Shown here piece after piece: positions 9,130 to 20,311 of a DNA stretch of 64,000 bases (position 1 is the stretch's first letter; each line of letters begins with the position of its first letter). The stretch is from contig CAWFGO010000001.1 in assembly GCA_963815455.1 (NCBI GenBank), positions 352,001 through 416,000 of the forward strand. Direction: 5' to 3'. Made by a program: the position numbers and the translations under genes. Under the pieces are notes generated by a model. The model saw only the letters and a list, made by a program, of their open reading frames with translations. It ran no database searches and was not told the DNA's origin. This DNA is from an uncultured Verrucomicrobiae bacterium (lineage in GTDB: Bacteria > Verrucomicrobiota > Verrucomicrobiia > Chthoniobacterales > UBA10450).

Positions 9130-11010
9130 TCATGCCGTGACCGGCTCGAATTCGGCGAGGGCCGGATCCGGCGTGGCCTGGTCGGCTGGCGCGGCCTTTA
9201 TGGAAACGATCGTAAATTGCCCGGTGCCGTCCTCCGTATTCAGCGTGATATTTTCGCCGCCTTCATGACCAAGTAGCGCCTGGCCGATCGCCGTTTGATA
9301 AGAAATGACGTGGCGCTCGGGATCGCCGTCCCAAGCCCCGAGAATCGTATACGTTTCCTCTTTGCCCGAACTCTTCTCCCGCAAGGTGACCACCGTCCCG
9401 ATCGAGACGCGTGACGTGTCGGGATTCTCGAACGCGGTCCCCCGCGCCAACTGCAGCATTTGTTCGATCTCGGATTTGCGCCGCATCAGAACGGCCTGCA
9501 TTTGTTTGGCCGCTTTGTATTCGAAATTCTCGCTCAAATCGCCGTAGGACCGGGCCAGGGCGATTTCCTTGGTGTTGTCGGGGATTTTCTTTTTGATCAG
9601 GTCCTCGTATTCAGCGCGGCGTTTTTCCAAGCTGCTCCACGAGACAACCAGCGGGGCCGCTTTTTCTTCCGGTTGAGCGCCGGCGATCATGCTTTCGAGC
9701 TCGGGATAAAGCTTAACGATTCGAGCCAGGAGCGAACGTTTGGTCAGTTCGTCGAACAACGGGCTGAGTTGAAGCCGCCGCATGGCATCACGCGCAATGG
9801 GGGCGTCGGCTTTCGCGAAAATGTCGGCCACCAATTGTCGATCGTCCACCAGCATACGCTGCAACTTGCTGTAACGGGTGGTCACGCGGTGTTGTTCACG
9901 GTCGAGAGCGGACAAGATCGCGGCCAGCAATTCGGGCGCAACGAGTTCGGGCCATTCATCGCGCTCGCTGCATAACCACATCAGCATCTCACTGGTCGCG
10001 GAATGTTCGCGAATGCTGCGCTCGAGGGCCGTGCGCAGTTCCGCATGTTGTCCGGCCCCGCTAAAAACGCGGGGGATTTGCGCGACCATCCGACCATGGG
10101 TTGCCTGCATTAATTGCAAAGCGCGGGTCGTCCAGCGTTCGCCCAGCGTGGCCGGCAACGCCTGGAGCACACGCTTTTCCTTGGCCGCAGGCAATTTCGG
10201 CAGGATCAAGATCAACCGTGTTTCTTCGTCCAGGATCAGTTTCGCCAGAGTGAGGCCTACATGCGTCGTGCGGAGTTGCGGAACGCCCTCCAGCAAATCG
10301 TCGCGGCTCAGGATCAATTCGAAGGCCAGCTCCGGATGCAGTTTCTGGTTGCGAGCCGCGACGTTCTCAACTGTGGCCACAATCGCCTGCAACTCTTTTT
10401 CCGGTTCCTTGAATTGACCGGGAGATTTTACGATTTCCTCGAGCGCCGCGATTTGCGCCTTCGGCTGGCGCGCCTGGTTGAAAGCGGCAATCAGCTCATC
10501 CGCCTGCGAGACTCCTTCTCCCCGCAACTGGATCGGCTCGTTTTTTTTCGCAGGAATGGAAAATTCGCCGCTGGACTTGATCTGTTTCTTTGCCGATTCC
10601 CACCAGCGTTTCCATTCCGCCTCGGTGAACACATCGCCAATCAGCCATTCCCCAATCTGTTGCGGCGTCGCCTCCCCCTCCAGGCTTTCCAGAATATTTC
10701 GCACCAGCGCCACCGGGTCGTCCTTGGCCAGCTGCTTGATCGACTTCAGATCGTTCGCTTTCCGGGCCAGAAAATGGTCAGCCGTAATTATGCGCAGATT
10801 TTCCGCAGCGTATTGCAGCTGCATGGAGTGTCCCTTTTTTCCCGAGAAATCGATGACGATCTGATTGAGCAGGAGGTTCCACTCCGCCACCCGTCCAAAG
10901 CCCCAGCTCTTGTGCAGGCAAAAAATTCCGGGCTTGAGTTTATCGAGTTGCTCCGCGGCTTTGGAGGTCAGCTTTTCGGATTCGACGAGTTTTTGCAGTT
11001 CAGCGTTCAT
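9130..11010 (-). CDS. greA: Transcription elongation factor GreA with long N-terminal extension
   Basis: C-terminal ARSYGDLSENFEYKAAK, VSIGTVVTL, ISYQTAIGQALLG. Confidence 0.9.
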   Translation of the reverse strand: MNAELQKLVESEKLTSKAAEQLDKLKPGIFCLHKSWGFGRVAEWNLLLNQIVIDFSGKKGHSMQLQYAAENLRIITADHFLARKANDLKSIKQLAKDDPVALVRNILESLEGEATPQQIGEWLIGDVFTEAEWKRWWESAKKQIKSSGEFSIPAKKNEPIQLRGEGVSQADELIAAFNQARQPKAQIAALEEIVKSPGQFKEPEKELQAIVATVENVAARNQKLHPELAFELILSRDDLLEGVPQLRTTHVGLTLAKLILDEETRLILILPKLPAAKEKRVLQALPATLGERWTTRALQLMQATHGRMVAQIPRVFSGAGQHAELRTALERSIREHSATSEMLMWLCSERDEWPELVAPELLAAILSALDREQHRVTTRYSKLQRMLVDDRQLVADIFAKADAPIARDAMRRLQLSPLFDELTKRSLLARIVKLYPELESMIAGAQPEEKAAPLVVSWSSLEKRRAEYEDLIKKKIPDNTKEIALARSYGDLSENFEYKAAKQMQAVLMRRKSEIEQMLQLARGTAFENPDTSRVSIGTVVTLREKSSGKEETYTILGAWDGDPERHVISYQTAIGQALLGHEGGENITLNTEDGTGQFTIVSIKAAPADQATPDPALAEFEPVTA

Positions 11011-11108
11011 CAAGGGACGGCATAAATCCCAAGTGACATATAGTTCGGATGCGCGGTCGGTGCAATTTCCCATTGCTCCGCGCCCCGCAGCATGAAACTC
11101 TCCTCGCG

Positions 11109-12050
11109 GTGACGACGAGCATTTGGTTTTGGATCGCATTCCACATTGGCGTGTTTATCGCGATCGCAATCGATCTTTACACTTTCAAACTGCGGACGCG
11201 CGAGTTGAGCATGAAGGCGGCGGCGCAGCGAACGTCTTTGTGGGTGCTGGTGTCGCTTGGCTTTGCCTTTCTCGTCTGGCGCATCAAAGGACCGGATCAC
11301 GGTCTCGATTTCCTCGCCGGCTATCTCATCGAGTACGCGCTCAGCGTGGACAACATCTTCGTCTTCGTCCTGATCTTCGCCCATTTTCACGTGCCGCGGC
11401 ACGCTCAACACCGGGTCCTGGTTTGGGGAATCATGGGCGCACTGGTCATGCGAGGAATCATGATCCTATGCGGCATTGCGCTGGTGCAACGGTTCCATTT
11501 TATTCTCTATCTCTTCGGGGTCCTGCTCCTGTTTAGCGCGACTCGAATGTTTTTCGGGAATCATCTGGCCCAGAATTTTCAGGAAAGCTGGGTGATTCGC
11601 ATTAGCCGGCGCGTCTTCCCGATTACTCCGGATTTTCATGGGGAACATTTTAAAGCGCGGGTCAATGGCCGCTGGATGATCACTCCGCTCGCTTTGACGA
11701 TGCTGGTGATCGAAGTCACCGATCTGATATTCGCAATCGACTCGATTCCCGCGGTTTTCGGGATCACACGTGATCCCTTCATTGTTTATACTTCCAACAT
11801 CTGCGCGATTCTCGGTTTGCGTTCGCTTTACTTTCTTCTGGCCAATTTGATGGACCGTTTTATTTATCTCAAGAACGGGCTGGCGATCGTGCTCGCTTTC
11901 ATCGGCAGTCAAGATGATCGTGGCGGGTTTTCTTCCCTTGCCGACAGGAATATCGCTCATTGTCATCCTCGCCATTCTCACCGCCACCATCGCGATTTCC
12001 ATGCTGGTGACACGCCGCCGGAATGCGTCTCAGAATCGAACCTGAAATAG
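11109..12050 (+). CDS. TerC/Alx family membrane protein (C-terminal frameshift)
   Basis: YLIEYALSVDNIFVF, DLIFAIDSIPA, TSNICAILGLRSLYF. Confidence 0.9.
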   Translation: MTTSIWFWIAFHIGVFIAIAIDLYTFKLRTRELSMKAAAQRTSLWVLVSLGFAFLVWRIKGPDHGLDFLAGYLIEYALSVDNIFVFVLIFAHFHVPRHAQHRVLVWGIMGALVMRGIMILCGIALVQRFHFILYLFGVLLLFSATRMFFGNHLAQNFQESWVIRISRRVFPITPDFHGEHFKARVNGRWMITPLALTMLVIEVTDLIFAIDSIPAVFGITRDPFIVYTSNICAILGLRSLYFLLANLMDRFIYLKNGLAIVLAFIGSQDDRGGFSSLADRNIAHCHPRHSHRHHRDFHAGDTPPECVSESNLK

Positions 12051-12092
12051 GTTGCGTTTGTTGACGCTATTGTTTAACTCTTTCGGAGGGCC

Positions 12093-12499
12093 ATGAAGAA
12101 TCTTCGTCGTTGTCGCATTGATCGCCGGTTTGGCCAGCAGCGCCCTGGCCGATATTCAAGATCCGCCATCGAACGATTATGGGCCGACCCGGAAACTGGG
12201 CCGCGGTCTTTCAAATCTCTTTCTCGCTCCGGCGGAGATTTTTGTCACGGTCGCTACGATCAACACGAATGAAGGCAACGCCGCCGCTGCCGGATACGGA
12301 GTGGTGCGCGGCGTAGGGCGCTCAGCCGCGCGGCGTTTGGCCGGACTTTTCGAAATATTGACATTTCCCGGCGCCGGTGTGGCGTCAAAGTTACGCACCG
12401 ATGCTTCCGCCGGATGTTCCTTACATTCACGCCGGCTATTCAGAATTCCCGCCGGAGTTGGGCAACGAAACGAAGTATCCTTACGTCCGGGATTATTGA
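12093..12499 (+). CDS. Exosortase-system-associated protein, TIGR04073-like, frameshifted
   Basis: RKLGRGLSN...E...G...G..R...G.FEI.TFP pattern. Confidence 0.65.
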
Positions 12500-12548
12500 T
12501 CGGGATAGTTTCGCGTCGATTCGCGCGATTCGCGGATTACATTGAGTC

Positions 12549-13608
12549 TTGCGCATCGTCGATCTTAAAATCGGAGACATCGCTTTCGGCGGAAAGGGCG
12601 TCGCGCGGGAAAATGGAAAGGCGATCTTTGTTCCTTACACCATTGAAGGGGAAATCGTCTCGGCCGAGATCGTGCGCGAGAAAAAGCAATTCGCCGAAGC
12701 CGAACTTGTCGATGTTAAGGAAAGCTCACCGCATCGAGTCACGCCGGAGTGTCCCTATTTCGGAAGTTGTGGCGGCTGCGCCTATCAGCACATCGATTAT
12801 GAACACCAGCTCGCCATCAAGTGGCGACAGGTCCGCGATGTTCTCCAGCGGATCGGCAAGCTCGACCAGGTCCCGCTCCGGCCGATTATCCCCTCGCCTC
12901 TCGCCTACGGTTACCGCAATCGGATCACGGTCCACGTCCAGGATGGCGTGGTCGGTTTTTTTCGGCGCGATTCGCATCGTTTGATCGACATCGAGCGCTG
13001 CCCGATCGCACCCGACGAAATCAATCGCGAATTGGCGGCTTTGCGCGGGCAACCGCAGTTGCGCGATGGGCATTACACGCTGCGCACTGCCTCCGGTCCC
13101 CGCGTTTTTTCTCAAACCAACGACGCCGTCGCGCGCGCGTTGCGCGATTTGATCGACGAGCCTGATCGCGCCGAATCGGCCGCTCTTGATCGATGCCTAT
13201 TGCGGCGCCGGTTTTTTCGCCAAAGCGCTGCTCGACAAATTCGAGCGAGTCATTGGGATTGATTGGGACACGTTCGCCATCGAAGCGGCGAAAGCGAATG
13301 CAACGGAAAAGGAAAACTACCTCGCCGGCGATGTCGATCTTGAGCTGACCCGGGCGCTTCAGAATGCGGATCGGAAGGAGGCAATGCTGATTGTCGATCC
13401 TCCGGCGACCGGGCTCGCGGTCAGCACGAGCAAAGCGATTGTCGATCTTAGGCCGGAAGTCCTCATTTACATTTCGTGTAATCCTGCGACTCTGGCGCGC
13501 GATTTGAAGGAATTGCGAGGCGGATTCGCGATCAATTCGGTCACGCCCCTCGATATGTTTCCACAGACGGCAGAAATTGAAGTCGTGGCGCATCTGCGCC
13601 GCAATTAG
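12549..13608 (+). CDS. TRAM-domain RNA m5U methyltransferase (RlmD/TrmA family), frameshifted
   Basis: CPYFGSCGGC, YRNR, FSQTN, DAYCGAG, VDPP, YISCNPATLARD, DMFPQT. Confidence 0.9.
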
Positions 13609-13662
13609 CAAAAAGGACTTGCCACTAAGCGAGCGCTCAATCGAAAGTTATCTCTCATAGCG

Positions 13663-15489
13663 ATGGCCGAAATAATTCCTGCTGGCGTCCATCGGCCGCG
13701 CAACGTTGACTGGAAGCGCGCCGCCGCGCTGCTTTACGGAGATTGGGGAACCAGCAAAGCCTATGTGCTCGGGCTGGCGTTCGTCGCCGCGGGGTTCGCT
13801 TCGTTTCCCATCATCCTCGCCGTTTGCCTGCTGACCGCCGTCGTCGGTTTTAACTACATCATCATCTGCGCCCATTTCCCCGATGGCGGCGGTGTCTATT
13901 CGGCTGCGCGCCAGCAAAGCCGCTTCCTTGCCTCGGTCGGCGCTCTTTTGTTGATCGCAAACTTCATCGTGACTGCGGCATTGAGCGGATGGGCCGGGGT
14001 AACTTATCTGGGCGTGCCAAGCCAATACGCCCCGGTCGCCGCGGGCGTAGTGATTTTAGTCCTCGGCGCGCTCAATTATTTCGGACCGAAACACAGCGGC
14101 AGCGTTTCAATCTGGCTGGCCATCCCGGCGGTGGTCGTTGTCGTCGCTACGATCGCGTTCAGTGCAAGTCATTTGAACACCGCCCATCTCGAGCCTCGTC
14201 ACGTCAATTTGGAAACGACCTGGGTCCAATTTGTCGGAGTCATCCTTGCTCTGAGCGGAGTCGAGGCCATCGCAAATCTCACCGGCGTAATGAAGCTGGA
14301 TCCCGGGTGCCACGGCGGACGCACCAAAAGTTACGCGAACAGCCACCAAAGCAATTTTGCTGGTAGCGCTTGAGGTCGTGGGCGGTACCGCGCTTGATCG
14401 GCTGGGCCATGCTCTCGCTGCCGAAGTCGTTTGCGCCGGATCTGGCCGCGCACAAGGAAGACATGCTGCGTTTTGTCGGCGGACATTACGCCGGACTGGT
14501 TGGGTGGCGAATGGTTCGGTCACGCCTTTTCTATTTTTGTCGGCGCCGTGTTCGGACTTCTGCTCATCAGCGCGGTCAACACCGCCATCGTCGCATTGAT
14601 CGGCGTCATTTATATGATGGCTCAGGACGGCGAAATGCCGCGGCAATTCGCCCGGCTCAACAAACATGGCGTGCCGGGCATTCCTTTGCTGGTCGCGGTG
14701 GCGATTCCGATTTTAATTCTCGCGATCACAAAACAATTTGAGGGACTCGCTGGTCTTTATGCCATCGGCGTAGTGGGCGCCATTTCTGTAAATCTCGGCG
14801 CCTGCACGTTTAACAAACATCTCCGCCTGCATGTCCACGAGCGCCTGCTCATGGGCGCGACTTTTCTTATTCTGGCACTGGTCGAGTTGACGCTGGCCAA
14901 AACGAAGCCGGACGCTTTGTTTTTCGCCATCTGCGTCCTCGGTATCGGTCTCGGCTTCCGCGCTTATTCGCATAAAATTGCCGGATTAAGGACGCTGACC
15001 GTAACGCAAAAAGTGGCCGAAATGGTCACGCCCGATCTCGTCCCGGGCATGCAGACACGGATCGAGGAGGGCCAGAAGATAATGGTCGCCGCGCGCGGGC
15101 TTACCCGCGTGCTCAGCTTCGCTCTGGATGAAGCGCAACTGCGCAAAGCCACCTTGTACGTCTTGTACGTAAAGGAGATCGCGGTTTTTTATGCCCGCGG
15201 ACCGACCGATCCTGGCCGGCCCAAATGGCAGGACGATCCCGAGGCGAACGCGATCATGTCGACCATGCTTAAAATGGCCGCGGAGCGCGACATTTGCGTC
15301 CTGCCGGTTTATGCCGTGAGCGAAGACACCGCCACTACTGTGCTCGATCTCGCCGCCACTCTGGGCATCGATTACCTGATCATCGGCGCATCTCAACGCA
15401 CCGCCATGACCAAATTGCTCCGCGGCAGCGTAGCCACCAACGTCGTCCAGCAATTGCCCGAATCGATTCACCTGATCATTTTTGGATAG
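13663..15489 (+). CDS. APC-family amino acid permease with C-terminal USP domain, frameshifted
   Basis: YGDWGTSKAY, GGGVYS, LSGVEAIAN; C-terminal LIIGASQR...LLRGSVA. Confidence 0.85.
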
Positions 15490-15538
15490 ATTCCATTGAA
15501 CGTTGGGCGTTGAGCGTTCATCGTTGGGCGTTTCCCGC

Positions 15539-17128
15539 ATGACTCCCAAAGTCCTGATCGCCGATTCTATTTCCCAGCGCGGCGTCGATGAGCTTTCTCG
15601 CGACAATGCGCTCGACGTCACGATCAAGACCGGTCTCGGCGAAAAAGAACTTGTCGATCTTATTCCGGCGTTTAGCGGGCTCGTTGTCCGCAGCCAGACC
15701 AAGGTGACAGCGAATGTTTTAAATGCGGGAACAAAGCTGCGCGTCGTGGGCCGCGCCGGCGTTGGCGTGGACAATGTCGATGTCGAAACGGCGACGCGGC
15801 GCGGCGTCATCGTGTTGAACGCGCCCGGCGGAAACACCGTTTCCACCGCCGAGCACGCGTTTTCACTTTTGCTCTCGGTGGCGCGCAAGATTCCGCAGGC
15901 GGACGCGAACGTTCGCAGCAAGCATTGGGACAAGAAGAATTTCGAAGGCGTCGAACTCTACAACAAAACGCTCGGCATTATTGGCATGGGCCGGATTGGC
16001 AGTGAACTGAGCCGGCGCGCGATTGTATTCGGCATGCGAGTGGTGGCTTTCGATCCGTATCTTTCGGCTGCACGCGCCCGGAGCTTGCAAGTCGAGCTGG
16101 TGGATGAACTCGACGATCTGCTCACAACCGCAGATTTCATTTCGCTGCACACGCCGCTTACCGCGGAAACGCATCACCTTCTCGATGCTGCCCGGTTACA
16201 AAAAACAAAAAATGGCGTCCGGATTATCAATTGCGCCCGCGGCGGCTTGATCGACGAAGACGCGTTGGCTAAAGCGTTGCAAGATCGACATGTGGCCGGC
16301 GCGGCGCTGGATGTCTTCGAAACCGAGCCGCTTCCCGCCGATTCGTCGCTGCGGACCGCGCCGAACATTGTTTTAACTCCTCACCTGGGCGCTTCCACCG
16401 CCGAGGCGCAGGAGAGCGTCGGCATCGAGATTGCCCAATCGATTCGCGCGGCGCTTCTCGAAGGCACTATCCGCAACGCCGTGAACATGCCGAACCTCGA
16501 CGCCAAAACGCTGGCGATCGTCGGTCCGCACCTCCGCTTCGGCGAAAAGCTGGGGAGATTTCTTTCCCAAATTGCGCCCAAGCGAGCGGATGCGCTCAAC
16601 ATCAATTACAGCGGCAAAGTCAACGAAGTCGATACCACCGCCATCACCCGCTCCGTTCTGAAAGGTTTTTTGCAGACTGCCGGTGGTAGCGAGGTCAACG
16701 AAGTGAACGCGCCCGCGTTTGCCGAGAGTCTCGGCTTGAAAGTGAGCGAATCGCGGTTGAGCGCGCCGGGCGATTACACCGACATGCTCGAGCTTTCTGC
16801 CTCGGCCGAAGGTAAAATGGTGTCGGTCGGCGGGGCATTTTTCGGCGCAACGCCGCGCATTATCAGTATCAACAGTCGCCCGGTCGAGGCGCGCCCGCAC
16901 GGCGTTGTGCTCGTTTTGGAAAACACCGATCGTCCTGGAATGGTCGGACGAATCGGCTCGCTGCTGGGCGATCACGGAGTCAACATCGCCACCATGTCGT
17001 TAAGCCGAAACCAGGCCGGCGGGACTGCGTTAACGGTGTTGAACCTCGATACTGCACCCGATGAAAATCTCCTCGCCGAAATTCGCGCCAGCCAGGATAT
17101 TCGTTCCGCGCAGGTGATTGAGTTATGA
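15539..17128 (+). CDS. serA: D-3-phosphoglycerate dehydrogenase
   Basis: GRAGVGVDNVD, GMGRIG, INCARGG, TPHLGAST; ACT domain DRPGMVG. Confidence 0.95.
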   Translation: MTPKVLIADSISQRGVDELSRDNALDVTIKTGLGEKELVDLIPAFSGLVVRSQTKVTANVLNAGTKLRVVGRAGVGVDNVDVETATRRGVIVLNAPGGNTVSTAEHAFSLLLSVARKIPQADANVRSKHWDKKNFEGVELYNKTLGIIGMGRIGSELSRRAIVFGMRVVAFDPYLSAARARSLQVELVDELDDLLTTADFISLHTPLTAETHHLLDAARLQKTKNGVRIINCARGGLIDEDALAKALQDRHVAGAALDVFETEPLPADSSLRTAPNIVLTPHLGASTAEAQESVGIEIAQSIRAALLEGTIRNAVNMPNLDAKTLAIVGPHLRFGEKLGRFLSQIAPKRADALNINYSGKVNEVDTTAITRSVLKGFLQTAGGSEVNEVNAPAFAESLGLKVSESRLSAPGDYTDMLELSASAEGKMVSVGGAFFGATPRIISINSRPVEARPHGVVLVLENTDRPGMVGRIGSLLGDHGVNIATMSLSRNQAGGTALTVLNLDTAPDENLLAEIRASQDIRSAQVIEL

Positions 17129-17143
17129 AATCTTCGCGAAATC

Positions 17144-18979
17144 GTGATGCCGATCTCTAACCGCGACAATTTCAGAACGCTCGCCTGCGCGGTCGGTGTT
17201 TCCGCGCTCGCGGCGATCCTGTATCTCTTCACCGCGGCGCGCGACATCGTTGTGGGCGACACTCCCGAATTAATCATTGCCGCGGCGACTTTGGGCGTGG
17301 CCCATCCGCCCGGCTATCCCCTGTTCACCATGCTCGGGCATCTTTTCAGTTTGCTCCCGCTGGGCTCGATTCCATTCCGGGTCAATCTGCTTTCCGTCGT
17401 CTGCGATGCGCTCACGGCCGGTATCGTTTTTCTAACGGCCTTTCGGTTGAGCCGTTCGCGCTGGGCATCAGTCATGGCCGCGCTGATCCTCGCCTTCAAC
17501 CCGCTTTTCTGGTCGTGGTCGTTGGTGGCCGAGGTTTTTCCTCTAAATAATTTATTGGTCAGCCTTCTGATTTATCTGCTCGTGATTTGGCACGAGAAAC
17601 CGGAACGAATCGGGGCGTTGATCACGGCGGCTTTCGTCACCGGCCTGGCGTTCACCAATCACCAAACGATCGTGCTGTTGGTTCCCGCTGTTTGTTTCGT
17701 TTTGTGGCAACACCGCGCGGTTTTGTCGGCGAAACCGCAAATTCTCGTAATTTGCCTGCTGGCCTTTGTGCTCGGACTTGCGCCTTACGCGTATGTGCCG
17801 TGGACGGCGGCGCATCATCCGGCTTACAACTGGGGGAATGTGTCGTCGTTCGGCGATCTTTTCTCACTCATCACGCGTCAGAGTTATGGCAGTGGCGATC
17901 TGGTCGCCGCCATTTACCGTGGCGGCTCGATAGTCCATCGCCTTCTGATGCTCTTTCTTTCCATGGGCGCGCTGATCAATCTGCTTGCCTTGTTAGGGCT
18001 TATTCATGCTCACAGCCATCGGCCGTGGTATTTTTGGTTTAGCCTGCTCGCGTTCGTTTGCGCGGGTCCTTTCTTTGCCGCCTTGACCAATCTCAACCTG
18101 TCCAGCGTGCCGCAGGCCTTGTTCGTGCTCGAACGCTTTTTCCTTCTGCCCGAAGTGATCGTAGCGCCGCTGCTCGCTCTGGGCATCGTGATGGTCGCCG
18201 AGTTCATCGGCGCGTCGGCCCGGGCTCTGCCAGTTCGGCCTTTGCCGCTTGTCTCCGGGGCGGTTGCCGTCGTGCTGGCTGTTAGTTTGCTCACGAATTA
18301 TCGACGGATCGACCAGAGCAACAATCATATCGCGCGCACGTATGCGGAAGATGTCTTCGCGACGATTGAGCCGAATACCATTCTACTCTTGACCGGCGAT
18401 GGTCTCGCGCTGCCGTTGTTGTATCTCAATCTGGTCGAGCGAACCCGGACCGACGTGACATTAATCCTCCCATTGCTTTTGCCTGCCGATTGGTACGTGC
18501 GCCAACTTCGGGAGCAAAATCCCGGCCTGATTGTTCCATTCGATCGTTACGATACCGAACAGAATAACCTAAAGACGTTGATCGAAGCCAATCCGGGCCG
18601 GCCCGCCGCAGTCATCGGAACGCTGCAGGACAACAGCCTGGATCGAGATTATCAAGCTTACCCGCATGGGCTGGTTCGTCTCGTCAAGCCGAGATCGAAA
18701 TTCATCACGATTAACGAGATGGTGAGTGACAACGATAAGTTAATGCAACGCTACAGACCTCCGGCCCCCGATCGAATCAGCAAGAAAAGTTTCGAAAGCG
18801 AGATTCTGTTGCTTTACGCCCAGCCCGCCTGGTACATCGGCGCCGAATACGAGCGGCTCGGCGGGCCAACCGAAGCCCGCAAATGGTACAAACGCGCACT
18901 CACTATCGACCCAAATTTTCCGCAGGCGCGCCAGGGGTTTGGCCGGATCGACAGGGCAAACCGCTCCCCCAAATATTGA
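17144..18979 (+). CDS. DUF2723 / TMEM260-like GT-C membrane glycosyltransferase with C-terminal TPR
   Basis: GDTPEL, GVAHPPGYPL, AEVF.LN, NHQT; TPR-like end. Confidence 0.85.
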   Translation: MMPISNRDNFRTLACAVGVSALAAILYLFTAARDIVVGDTPELIIAAATLGVAHPPGYPLFTMLGHLFSLLPLGSIPFRVNLLSVVCDALTAGIVFLTAFRLSRSRWASVMAALILAFNPLFWSWSLVAEVFPLNNLLVSLLIYLLVIWHEKPERIGALITAAFVTGLAFTNHQTIVLLVPAVCFVLWQHRAVLSAKPQILVICLLAFVLGLAPYAYVPWTAAHHPAYNWGNVSSFGDLFSLITRQSYGSGDLVAAIYRGGSIVHRLLMLFLSMGALINLLALLGLIHAHSHRPWYFWFSLLAFVCAGPFFAALTNLNLSSVPQALFVLERFFLLPEVIVAPLLALGIVMVAEFIGASARALPVRPLPLVSGAVAVVLAVSLLTNYRRIDQSNNHIARTYAEDVFATIEPNTILLLTGDGLALPLLYLNLVERTRTDVTLILPLLLPADWYVRQLREQNPGLIVPFDRYDTEQNNLKTLIEANPGRPAAVIGTLQDNSLDRDYQAYPHGLVRLVKPRSKFITINEMVSDNDKLMQRYRPPAPDRISKKSFESEILLLYAQPAWYIGAEYERLGGPTEARKWYKRALTIDPNFPQARQGFGRIDRANRSPKY

Positions 18980-19021
18980 TCCTTGCCCTCCGGCAATCGA
19001 TCCGATAAACCTCCTGCTCAT

Positions 19022-19285
19022 ATGGACTTCAGCGCTCATTCTATTATCTGGGTTTTGGTGATCGGTCTGATCGTAGGCGCGATCGCAAAACTGTTAATGC
19101 CGGGAAAAGATCCCGGCGGCTGTATCATTACCATGTTGCTCGGCATCGCCGGCGCATTCGTCGGGACCTACCTCGGTCGCCTGGTTAGTGGAAACGAGAG
19201 TTATCAAGCGCGCTGGCTCATGTCGATCATCGGCGCGATGATCTTGCTGCTGCTCTATCGAATGCTCTTTAGCCGAAAATCGTAG
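19022..19285 (+). CDS. GlsB/YeaQ/YmgE transglycosylase-associated membrane protein
   Basis: IGLIVGAIAKLLMPG...LGIAGAFVG. Confidence 0.9.
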   Translation: MDFSAHSIIWVLVIGLIVGAIAKLLMPGKDPGGCIITMLLGIAGAFVGTYLGRLVSGNESYQARWLMSIIGAMILLLLYRMLFSRKS

Positions 19286-19354
19286 ACCGGCATTTCGGGT
19301 CGGGCTGACGAGCGAGGAATGTTGCTCTCCCTGGCGAATCGGCCAAGGTGATCC

Positions 19355-20311
19355 ATGCCGGCACCGACGAAGGTATGGATCCTCCTCGCGTTTGCCGCCA
19401 TCTATCTGATCTGGGGTTCGACTTATCTCGGAATCCTTTACGCAATCCAGTCGATCCCGCCGTTCTTGATGGCCGGCACGCGGTTTTTTCTGGCGGGAGT
19501 GATCATGTATGGGACCGCGCGCATTCAAGGCGCGGCAAAGCCTGAGACGGCGACTTGGAAAAGCGCCGCGATCATTGGCGGTTGCCTGCTGCTGGGAGGA
19601 AACGGCGGCGTAACGGTAGCGGAAAAATGGGTCCCGACCGGTCTCGCTGCACTGCTCGTGGCAACCGTGCCGATCTACATCGCTCTGCTTGGCTGGATCA
19701 CCGGAATGGCTCCGCGACCAACGCCGGTGGTCTGGCTCGGCTTGATCGGCGGATTCATCGGCGTCGGCGTTTTGGTCGGGCCGGCCTTTGCCGCGCCGGC
19801 AAACGGCAATCATCTCGCGCTCGGCATGTCGATCCTGTTGATCGGTTCCTTCCTCTGGTCTCTCGGCTCGCTCTACTCGCGCCGGGCCAGGAGCGCGCCA
19901 TCGTTATTTATCGCGGCCGGCCAGCAAATGATCTGCGGCGGCGTACTACTTTTTCTCGCCGGAGTAGTCATCGGAGAACCACACAGCTTTTCGCTCGAAC
20001 GAATCACCTGGCTTTCGCTCGGAGCATTCGTCTATCTCGTGCTGATCGGGGCATTGATCGGTTACACGGCGTATTTCTATCTGTTGCGACATTGCGATCC
20101 GGCGAAGGTCGCGACCTACGCCTATGTGAATCCGGTCGTGGCCATGTTGCTCGGAACCGCCTTCGCCGGCGAAACGGTAACTCTCCGAACTCTTCTCGGT
20201 GCGGGATTGATTATTGGCTCGGTCGCGGTTGTAATCATGGCCCAACAAATGAAGTCCAAAGGAATTCCACCGGTAACCGCTGCCGTTGAACCCCTTGGTT
20301 GTCCACGATGA
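19355..20311 (+). CDS. EamA/DMT family transporter (YedA-like)
   Basis: IYLIWGSTY, R...AG, YAYVNPVVA. Confidence 0.9.
   Translation: MPAPTKVWILLAFAAIYLIWGSTYLGILYAIQSIPPFLMAGTRFFLAGVIMYGTARIQGAAKPETATWKSAAIIGGCLLLGGNGGVTVAEKWVPTGLAALLVATVPIYIALLGWITGMAPRPTPVVWLGLIGGFIGVGVLVGPAFAAPANGNHLALGMSILLIGSFLWSLGSLYSRRARSAPSLFIAAGQQMICGGVLLFLAGVVIGEPHSFSLERITWLSLGAFVYLVLIGALIGYTAYFYLLRHCDPAKVATYAYVNPVVAMLLGTAFAGETVTLRTLLGAGLIIGSVAVVIMAQQMKSKGIPPVTAAVEPLGCPR

Noticed and set aside
9130..11010. Unusually long GreA as a novelty
   Set aside because: N-terminally extended GreA is known in Chlamydiae and related lineages.
11011..11108. yybP-ykoY riboswitch upstream of terC
   Set aside because: Short divergent intergenic region with no recognisable motif by eye; an Rfam scan would settle it.
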